Assembly (NCBI GenBank): GCA_020184695.1
Contig: JAANOX010000212.1
Coordinates: 1 to 64,000 of the forward strand
Reading direction: 5' to 3'
From: Histomonas meleagridis 2922-C6/04-290x
Lineage: Eukaryota; Protista; Parabasalia
DNA length: 64,000 bases
Shown here: in pieces, positions 8,973-17,623 of the stretch
Position numbering within the stretch: the stretch's first letter is position 1
Layout: the number at the start of each line of letters is the position of its first letter
Notes under the pieces: model-generated
Told to the model about the DNA's origin: nothing
The model's input: only the letters and a program-made list of their open reading frames with translations
The model's database searches: none
Position numbers and translations under genes: made by a program

Positions 8973-11447
8973 TTACAGATTATATTTGTGCTTCAGCACC
9001 CACGTGTGCGTTCTTTTGTTGAGCACTGCCATTTGCCTTATCAAGTACTTTACTGTTTTCTCATTCTTTTTTGCGCTTTGGTCCTTTTCCAATGCTCGAA
9101 TTATATCATTTGTTGTTATTTTGTTACCGTTTTTCTTGAACAAGTTTAGGATTTTGTCCTTTAAATCGATCAGTATTTCCTCGTCGATTTCGTTACTTCC
9201 TCTTACTCGCGACACTAAGTCCTTCATAAACGTATTGTTCTTCTGTAGTCGCATCAGCGCTCTTTTGTTTTGTTCTTTAGCTCTTTCCGACGCGACTACG
9301 TTTTCAGGCCTTTGGTTTGTATTATTATCATTAATGAGTTCGTCATGATTTATAATTCTTTTAATGTCTCCGTTATTAATGAATGTTTCCGTAATTCTTT
9401 TATCATCATCTTCGTCTTCTTCATCTTCATTTTCTTCATCATCAACAATTTCGTCATCGTTATAATAACTTAAGTCATCAATTGTTGCTCCAGTTGTATT
9501 TAATGTGAATAAGTCGCGAACTGTTTGAGACTTAAATATGTTCTTTTGGTTCGGTGACTTTAAGATTTTGTTCGCAAGAAATTGCTTAAAGATTTGCTTC
9601 TTATACATCTTCTCTTCAATTGTGCCAATGGTTATTAGGCGATATACGGAAACTGGTTTCGTTTGACCAATTCGCCACGCGCGTTCGAGCGCTTGGTTAT
9701 CATTCGCTGGATTCCAATCGGGATCAATGATGACGACTTTATCTGCGCCAATTAAATTAACACCAACTCCGCCAACTTTAGTACTTAATAAACATGCAAA
9801 ACATTCGCCATTATTAAAGCGATCCATAATATGAATCCTTTTATTAGTTTGTGTTTCGCCGTCAATTCGAAAATATGTTAAATTTAATGATTGAAATAAG
9901 AGTTCTAATAAATCTAACATGCGTAAATATTGCGAAAATAATAAAACACGGTGATTATGTCGCTTCCATTGTGGTAATAATTTCTTTAATAACTTTAATT
10001 TGCTTGAATTATCTAAATTAGTACTAACATTATCATCATCTGTTAACGCTGGATGGTTACAAATCTTACGTAAAAAATCAATCCCCGTGAAAAATTCTCC
10101 CGTTCCACGGATAATGTCACGGCATAATGGACTATCTAAAAATTGACGATAACATCTTTCTTGGATTTCAGTCAAATTGACAAAAAAGATTTGCTCAGTC
10201 TTGGATGGTAAGTTCGCTGCAACATCTTTCTTGAGGCGACGTAATAAATATGGTTTAATAAGATCACGTAATGTTATCGCGGCATGATATGCCCGATAAA
10301 CTGTGATTGGCGTTGCATTGGAATACCCACCATACTTAATAGGATCAGCAAAATCTTGTTGAAAGACTTCTAATGTTCCTAATAATCCTGGGACTGCAAA
10401 ATCAAATAATGACCATAACTCTAAAAGATTGTTTTGTATAGGAGATCCACTGATTACTAATTTAAAGTCACTTGTAAGTTTCTTTACATTTCGTGATATC
10501 GATGATTGATAATTTCGAATTTTATGTCCTTCATCACACATAACAATACTCCAATCTACTAATTGAAGTAACATAGAACCTTCTTCATGATGTAAAAATT
10601 CATAATTTGTTACTATAATTGAAGGGTTCCCTTCGACGTTTTGAATTATCTCTTCAGGCGTCACTTTTTGGTTACTACGTGTCGAGTGAAGTAGAATTGA
10701 ATGCATTAACGGGCACCAAATGTGAAGTTCACGAATCCATTGTTGTGCGACTGTTAAAGGACATAAAATTAAGATTGGTTTGTGAATAATGTTTGAAGTA
10801 TGAAGTGCATTTATGAACGTACATGCTATTGCTGTTTTACCTAAGCCCATTTCATCTCCTTCAATACCACCTGCTTGTTTTTTCCATAAGCCCCATAACC
10901 ATTCAACTGCAACTCTTTGGTGTGGAAATAATGAGTCCCATATAGCTTTTGGGATATGTAATTCTTCATCAATATCATGCATTTCTAAATATGGCTCACA
11001 ATGATCACGTATAAAATTATTGCGAGAATCAAAAACTTCAGGATCTGAATCATCAACTGTTAAATTAATTGAATCTTCACCTACAAAGCTAGTATGCATT
11101 ACTTTATAATGCCAATACTTATTAAGTTCTTCTGATATTTCGGGCATTTGTGAATTGTTCTCGCTTGTATCTGTAACACGTTCAATTTCTACATTAAGAT
11201 TTTTTGGAAGCTTTGCTTTGATTTTTTCATCTGCTAATTTTTTTTCGTATTTTTCTATGTCTTTCTTATTGCCTGACCTTCTTGCTTGTGCTAAATTTTT
11301 CTTTATATCTTCAATGCTTGATTCAGAATCTTGATTTGTTTCTTCATTTTCTTTTTGCTCCATTGAATTTACAACTTCTGCTTCATACTCACCCATGTTA
11401 ACAATTTTTCCAAAATCGATATCAGATGTATCTTCTTCCTCAGACAT
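8973..11447 (-). CDS. ERCC6: SNF2-family ATPase, Rad26/CSB (ERCC6)-like
   Basis: GDEMGLGKT, DEGHKIRN, SGSPIQNNLLELWSLFDFAVPGLLG, WNPANDNQALERAWRIGQ; the LWSLFDF..PGLLG context is typical of Rad26/CSB. Confidence 0.8.
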   Translation of the reverse strand: MSEEEDTSDIDFGKIVNMGEYEAEVVNSMEQKENEETNQDSESSIEDIKKNLAQARRSGNKKDIEKYEKKLADEKIKAKLPKNLNVEIERVTDTSENNSQMPEISEELNKYWHYKVMHTSFVGEDSINLTVDDSDPEVFDSRNNFIRDHCEPYLEMHDIDEELHIPKAIWDSLFPHQRVAVEWLWGLWKKQAGGIEGDEMGLGKTAIACTFINALHTSNIIHKPILILCPLTVAQQWIRELHIWCPLMHSILLHSTRSNQKVTPEEIIQNVEGNPSIIVTNYEFLHHEEGSMLLQLVDWSIVMCDEGHKIRNYQSSISRNVKKLTSDFKLVISGSPIQNNLLELWSLFDFAVPGLLGTLEVFQQDFADPIKYGGYSNATPITVYRAYHAAITLRDLIKPYLLRRLKKDVAANLPSKTEQIFFVNLTEIQERCYRQFLDSPLCRDIIRGTGEFFTGIDFLRKICNHPALTDDDNVSTNLDNSSKLKLLKKLLPQWKRHNHRVLLFSQYLRMLDLLELLFQSLNLTYFRIDGETQTNKRIHIMDRFNNGECFACLLSTKVGGVGVNLIGADKVVIIDPDWNPANDNQALERAWRIGQTKPVSVYRLITIGTIEEKMYKKQIFKQFLANKILKSPNQKNIFKSQTVRDLFTLNTTGATIDDLSYYNDDEIVDDEENEDEEDEDDDKRITETFINNGDIKRIINHDELINDNNTNQRPENVVASERAKEQNKRALMRLQKNNTFMKDLVSRVRGSNEIDEEILIDLKDKILNLFKKNGNKITTNDIIRALEKDQSAKKNEKTVKYLIRQMAVLNKRTHTWVLKHKYNL

Positions 11448-12046
11448 TTTAGTGAATTCACTTAAACCCGTTTAGAACCGTGGCATTAGTGGAGAACGTT
11501 AAACGGGGGAATCCCTTTTGGAGTTTGAATAAAATTTTGTCATTTCGTGCTAATTTTCATGTGCTCTCATGTTATAATATGATATAAAAAATCTCTAATA
11601 TCTATATCAAAAATTTAACATCAAGATTTTAGTAATGAACTTCTTGAACATTTTATTTTGGATCTTTAGACCCAAAACTCATTTTTTAGATTTAAAAATC
11701 GAATATAATTGTCGTTATATGTTCAATCAAATGGGAAATATGGAATAAATTAAATTAACCAAAAATTTTAACCCAGATGCTGAAGTTGACCGTTAATATA
11801 TTACGGTTAAAATCGTTTTCTTCTCAATCGATTGAGACCATCTCCAATTTTTAAAAAATTAATTTTGTGATTGGTCGATTTCAGGATATGACACTAAATC
11901 TAAATGCATTGCTTGGGCTGAAAAATAGGCATTTTTAAAATTTGATAGTGGCTTTGGAATAAGAAAATTCATCTCGATAAAAAATTAAAAAACAAAATTC
12001 ATGATAAATACATATTTATTATTAGTATATCTATTATAGCTTGGTC

Positions 12047-12649
12047 TTAAAAAGAAAATTTTTCTGTTAAAGATGAAATGTTTTGTGAAAGATATGGATA
12101 TGCTTGAATTGTAGTTATTATTTGAGAAGGTAAAATTAAAGCATGATCCGAACCCGAAAGTTTAGAGATGCTTAAACTGTGTTTAATTATGAAAATTATG
12201 TATTGATATAATTGATGATATATATCAACAATTGCCATTTGATCAATTTTAATATTTCTTTCAAGTAGAGTACGTGAAACACGTAGAGATAATTGGCTAA
12301 GTGATGGTATAGTTCCACTTTCAGATGCTTTGAAAGAAAATAATTTGTTATTTTCAGTCAAATTAAATTTATGTTCTTTGTTATGAATTTCAACTTCATT
12401 TCTTGGGATTGCAATTCCTGGCGGTGGTATAGTTGAAAAATGTGCATTGAATATTAAAGAACGAATCAACTCATTATGAAGAATTCTAGATTTATTGGTT
12501 GTTAAGAATTTTTTCATAAGTTCATCATATTTTTGTTTTGTGCATTGCCCTCTTAAAAATTTTGTTAGGGTAATCCAGTATTCATCATTTTTTACAATTT
12601 TAATAATTTTATTTTTTAAGGAAAGAACATCTTTCCTACTTGTATACAT
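12047..12649 (-). CDS. SAGA Ada1/TADA1-like protein; ORF track start 12769, more likely start Met at 12649
   Basis: RKDVLSLKNKI..YWITLTKFLRGQCTKQKYD..LHNELIRSLIFNA resembles the SAGA-Tad1 N-terminal motif; C-terminal histone-fold-like IPSLSQLSLRV. Confidence 0.6.
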   Translation of the reverse strand: MYTSRKDVLSLKNKIIKIVKNDEYWITLTKFLRGQCTKQKYDELMKKFLTTNKSRILHNELIRSLIFNAHFSTIPPPGIAIPRNEVEIHNKEHKFNLTENNKLFSFKASESGTIPSLSQLSLRVSRTLLERNIKIDQMAIVDIYHQLYQYIIFIIKHSLSISKLSGSDHALILPSQIITTIQAYPYLSQNISSLTEKFSF

Positions 12650-12831
12650 TTCAGGTACACCATAAATTTTTGGTTCGAATGATGTACCAAAGACTTGGAC
12701 CCCTTCTGAAACATTCGCCATTTTTTTCCAAGTTAACGTATTCCCGCAAATAGAATAAACGGCCTTCATTTAAAAATGTTTTTATGACACTTTTGAATAA
12801 TCCACCCAAAAGTGCACTTTCGTTAATCATC

Positions 12832-15399
12832 ATGATGTCAAGCGATACCACCTCTCAAAGCCATGATGTCAACAATGCCAATACTTCTTGTTCCACAGAC
12901 ATCAAAAAAGATGATTATGAAGATCTATATACACATATTGCACCATTAGAACAGATTATATTTAAAAGAATTGAAGAAAATTTTGACTCATCAGTTGAAC
13001 AAACATTGGATTTATTTGATTCAACATATCCATCTTCATTTTGTCATGTCATAAGTGATTTAATTTACTTTGCATTATGCTCAAAAATGAATATAGGCGA
13101 TATATACATTGATTATTTAGAAGCAATTCAAACAAAAGGCGAAAATAACAAAAGCAAAAACATAATTGAATTCTTTAAGAATTATCTATGGAAAATTAAT
13201 TCACAAGAATCATATTATTTAATCGAAAAAATGATCGAACATAATTTAATTGATGCAAGCATTACTGAAAATATCGAATCCAAATATTTTGCACATTATA
13301 GAACAGAAAAAGAAAACAAAAGAAAATATTATAAAGATTCATTTAGTGATTCTTTTCTCGAAAATTATGAAGAACTATCAAAAAACAATTGGGAACTTCA
13401 TAAGCAATTAATTAAAGAAGCAGTTAATCCAAACGAAATTGCAAAAATAATTCGAAATGATAATATCGAAAAACTTCAAGAAATATCATCACAAACAAAT
13501 TTTGATTTCAATCAAGAGATCAAGCCATCGTTATATGAACGATATTCATTAATTAACCATAAACATGTTAATTTAATTGATTATGCAGCATTTTTTGCTT
13601 CTATTAAATGTTTTAAATATTTACTTATGAATGGAGCGAATGTATATAACACAGGGAAATATGCAGTCGCAGGTGGGAATCTAGAAATCATTCATTTATG
13701 TGTGCAAAATCATTCATCATTTGAAGGTTCTTATAGAGTTGCAATTAAATTACATAAAAATGATATCTTTAAATATATCTATGAAAATAAATTAGAAAAA
13801 TTAGTTGATCAAGATAATGATAATGAAGATAAAACTTTGTTATACAGTTCTATCTTTTGTGTTCACAGTGGAAATTATGAAATTCTTTCATTTTTGGAAA
13901 AAGAAGGTTTAGAAATCGAAAATTTGAATATTAATGAATCAGCAAGAATTGGAAATTTATATCTTGTTAAATATTTTCTTCGAAACAAAGAATTTCCGAA
14001 AAATCTTTTGTTCAAAGCATTAGAATCTGGAAATATCGAACTTATTAAATATGTTTTAGTACACAGCAATGTTAATTTAAATGAAACAGATGTTATTTTT
14101 AATGATTTAAAGTTTGTTATGATAATTTAAAATTTGTTTTCATTATTTGATATTTGTTATAATAATTTTTTATATCTTTTTATATTTTTCGGCGCCAATC
14201 CATATATCAATAAAAAGTAAGAACACAGAAATAGTTAAATTACTTTTAAAACAAAAAGGAATTGATATTAATGCATCATATATTTAATATATCGATTTCA
14301 TATCGATCTTATATATTTTGTGTTTGTTTTTTAATTATAAAATTTATCTTAATAATTTGATATTTGTTTTATTAACTTGAAATTTGTTCATATAATTTAA
14401 AATTCCTTTTTATAATTTGGAACCGCACTTCATATAGCAATTAAAAAAAAGAATATCGAAATAGTTAAAATGTTTTTAAAACAAAAAGGAATAGATGTTA
14501 ATGCAATATATATTTGTTATCATAATTTTATGTTTGTTTTAATAAAATAAGATTTATTTTGATGATTTCATGTTTATTTTAACAACAAAATATTTGTTTT
14601 AATAATTTGAAATTCATTTTGATGATTTTATTTTTCTATTTATAATTTGGAATGGCACTTCATTTAGCAATTAAATGTGGAAACATAGAAATTCTTAAAT
14701 TACTATTAAAACATAATGGTTTTGATATTAATGAACTATATGTTTGTTTATATAATTTTATGTTTATTTTGATATTTTAAAGCCTATTTTAATATTTCGG
14801 AATTTATTTTGATGATTTTATATCTGTTTTAAAAATTTAATGTTTATCTAGTTAATTTGGAATTAGTATTAATAATTTTATATTTCTTCGTATGATTTGG
14901 AACAGCTCTTCATTTAGCAGTACAAAACAACAATGTAGAAATGGTTAAATTACTTTTAGAACAAAATGGAATTGATGTTAATGCATTATATATTGATTTT
15001 GCTGATTTCAAATTTATTTTAATTATTCGATATTTATTTTAATTATTCGATATTTTTTTTAATTATTTGAACTTTGTTTTAATGATTTAATGTATATTAT
15101 ATTTATTCAAGATTTGTTTTAATAACTTAAAATTTCTATTTATGTTTTGGAACAGCACTTCATTTAGCTGTAGAAAACAATAATGTAGAAATAGTTAAAT
15201 TGCTTTTAGAAAAAGGAATTGATATTAATACAAAAAATTTTTGTTTATTCTCTTTAATGTTTATTTAAATAAATTAATTTTTTTATAAATATTTTGATGA
15301 TTATTTATATTTTTTGAAACTGCGCTTATGATCGCAAATAAAAATAACAATACAGAAATAATCAAATTACTTGAACAAAAAGATCAAACAGATACTTAA
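12832..15399 (+). CDS. DUF3447-type ankyrin-repeat protein. Coding segments about 12832-14088, 14189-14278, 14419-14508, 14649-14738, 14899-14988, 15149-15235, 15316-15399, separated by six non-GT-AG inserts
   Basis: First segment has LIDYAAFFASIKCFKYLLMNGA and YAVAGGNLEIIHLC. Downstream modules read SAPIHISIKSKNTEIVKLLLKQKGIDINAS, GTALHIAIKKKNIEIVKMFLKQKGIDVNAI, GMALHLAIKCGNIEILKLLLKHNGFDINEL, GTALHLAVQNNNVEMVKLLLEQNGIDVNAL, GTALHLAVENNNVEIVKLLLEKGIDINTK, ETALMIANKNNNTEIIKLLEQKDQTDT*. Exact junctions are inferred. Confidence 0.8.
14089..15315 (+). repeat. Six arrays of a degenerate 20-nt unit (5, 7, 7, 8, 8, 4 copies), consensus about NA-WRTTTRTTTT-RATRATTT, interleaved with ankyrin modules
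   Basis: Arrays at 14089-14188, 14279-14418, 14509-14648, 14739-14898, 14989-15148, 15236-15315; example units gatatttgttttaataattt-like, aagatttattttgatgattt, gaactttgttttaatgattt. Confidence 0.9.
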
Positions 15400-15481
15400 T
15401 GATTGTAAAGTATTCGAAGAATTCTAAAAAAATATCGAAATAGATTTGTTTTACCAATTAATTACAATGTTAACATATATA

Positions 15482-15535
15482 CAGTCTATCATATAGCCAA
15501 AGACTAGTTCAATTCGCCAAAGACTAATTTCAATA
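15482..15535 (+). repeat. Left TIR with two internal GCCAAAGACT direct repeats
   Basis: cagtctatcatatagccaaagactagttcaattcgccaaagactaatttcaata; reverse complement matches 17283-17336. Confidence 0.88.
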
Positions 15536-15735
15536 TCCTTTCAAAATCCTCGCTTTTTGATATAATTGTGTAGGAAAATTTCATCACATTTTTGTGAGCA
15601 TAGAAAATTGAAAGTACTTGCGTTTTTGCAATTGAATTCCATAAAATTCTGAGAGTTTTGGTCTGCAATCAAATGAATGAAATAAATTCAATACTTTATA
15701 TTACTTTTTCTAATAATATCGTTCCAAATTATCGA

Positions 15736-17187
15736 ATGCAAGTTATACGTCCCTTATGGATGTCTGAAGAGCAATGGCAAATAGTTAACGCTAGAAAAAT
15801 GGGTGCAAGCTATGATTATATAATTTCACAATATCAGCTGAGTAACAGAGAAGCCCTATGCAGATGTTTAACAAGATCAGCTCTTGGACTTCCTTGGTGC
15901 CGAAATTATGCAGGAGGAAGTGACCCATATTTATGCTCTGAAGATCAAAGCATTTTAATTCAAGATATTATGGATGGAATCGCAGATTTAAATTGTTTGT
16001 CGAAATCCCAAGTTATAGATCTTGCACACACGCTCAAAATAAATCGTGCTTTATTAGCAAGAAGATTTCTTCTTTCTTTGGGCTGCCCTAAATTATCAGA
16101 GAAAATCGATTTGACGCCACCTGAGCCTGGTAAAGGGTGGCTCTTCAGTTTCTGTGAGCAGAACAATATTAGCATGGTTTGGCGTGAGAACCTTGAAGAA
16201 ATTAGAAGGGTTCAATGTACCAGCGCAAGGATAAAATGATGGATCTCATCATATAGAAACATCATCGATAGTTATGATCGAAGAATGCTATTTGATATGG
16301 ATGAGACCACAATTACTACATCATCCAGAAAATTTAAAGTTTTAACAATAGATTCACTTGGAATTAGATCCAAACCAGGTAAGGATGAACACATAACAGC
16401 CTGTGTTACCGTTGGCACATATTGTTCGTTTTTAAAGCCTCATATAATTCTTCAAAACAAGAAAAAACTTCCAAAAGATTTGGCTAGTTTCTGTTCTCAG
16501 GCTCATTTTTACAGTACACGTACAGGCTGGATGCTCAAAGAAACCTTTCTTCAATATGCAATAAATCTCGGAGCAGATTTATTTAATTGGAGGAAAACAC
16601 TACCATCACCATTATGTAACCAAAGGATTTTGCTTATTGTTGATGGTCACGGATCTCGCAAATTTCCTGATGTCATGCGTCATTTGTTCTCATTGGGCAT
16701 TGATATACTAACATTATTAGGTCACTGTACACATGTGCTTCAACCATTTGATGTATAATTAGCAAGTTCACTTAAATGGGAAATCACCAGAGAAATTGAA
16801 AAAATAATATCAAAGATTAGAAATGGGATACTCTCTGTAGCAATAACTGATACTGGGACTCGGAGGTGGATACTCGTACATTCTTTTCTCGAAGTCTTTA
16901 TGAAGACATGCACCATATGGAAAACTCAAGAGGCTTTTCAAAGATCACACCTCTTTGAGTATCCTGAACAAGTTGTTTCAGATTTAATAAGAGAATCTGA
17001 AGAAGATTTTCCTGAAGATTGAATCAACAGTAAATATTTTGGAAACATTGAAACATTAAACGAAGCTCAATTAATGTATAACAAAGCAGTACATCCAATC
17101 GTGACACTTTCACCTCTAGAAGTAAGTCTTGCTATTTCGGGGCAAAGAAGTTGGATTCTTACGCCCTTGGCTCGATATTTTTCATAA
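15736..17187 (+). pseudogene. DDE_1 (pogo-like) transposase pseudogene: one reading frame, three premature stops
   Basis: Motifs FDMDET, LLIVDGHGSR, HVLQPFD; ORFs 15658-16239 and 16285-16758 share a frame; stops TGA 16237, TAA 16756, TGA 17020; frame continues to TAA 17185-17187. Confidence 0.88.
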
Positions 17188-17282
17188 AATATCCTCTTTC
17201 AAAAATCTTTGATAATTTCAATCGATGAGATTCTATCAATTGTTGAAATTACATATTTAAAATTTCTACTTTTTCATATGCC

Positions 17283-17336
17283 TATTGAAATTAGTCTTTG
17301 GCTAATTGAATGAGTCTTTGGCTATATGACAACTAG
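17283..17336 (-). repeat. Right TIR of the transposon
   Basis: tattgaaattagtctttggctaattgaatgagtctttggctatatgacaactag, inverted copy of the left TIR. Confidence 0.88.
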
Positions 17337-17623
17337 TTGTTAAAATTTAATAATTAATTCTATTTTCTGTGTTTATTTATATATTTTTTCCAATAAAATA
17401 ATGTGAAATTATTATTGATGCATATTTCTAGAATTTATCATTATTCCCAGACACCACATAGCAGAGCAGAATGGAAAGAATACAAAAAAAATTTTTTATT
17501 TCCAGAAAATTAACACTTTATGAAAAAGTTTGATTTTTAGGGTGATCAAAACGTTTCAATTTCATTTCACTTCACTTGTATTGAAAAAGTGAAATCAACT
17601 CATGATGTCCTCACAAAAAAAGG

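Larger units (their letters stand above)
15482..17336 (+). mobile_element. pogo/Tc5-type (DDE_1) IS630-Tc1-mariner superfamily DNA transposon, ~1.85 kb, decayed
   Basis: ~54-bp TIRs (44/47 identity internally, outer 7 nt diverged) enclosing a transposase; TA directly precedes the left CAGT terminus. Confidence 0.88.

Noticed and set aside
8866-9473. Plus-strand ORFs of 160, 82 and 67 aa
   Set aside because: Antisense shadows of the ERCC6-like 3' end; the hydrophobic bias mirrors the charged sense codons
14089-15315. Reading the ankyrin inserts as canonical U2 (GT-AG) or U12 (AT-AC) introns
   Set aside because: Only 2 of 6 have GT near the 5' end; none has AG or an in-frame AC at the 3' end; no ACTAAC or TCCTTAAC branch motif
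14089-15315. Paramecium-style TA-bounded IES excision
   Set aside because: For insert 2, the terminal TA pairs I tested give a frameshift or a TAA; not supported as a simple rule
14089-15399. CRISPR-like array (conserved blocks alternating with spacers)
   Set aside because: The conserved blocks are ankyrin-coding and 87-90 nt, the spacers are themselves repetitive, the context is eukaryotic and no cas genes are present
16237-17022. Stop-codon reassignment or readthrough suggested by in-frame stops in the transposase
   Set aside because: The stops are of two types (TGA, TAA), and host genes in the window end normally at TAA/TGA/TAG; nonsense decay is simpler
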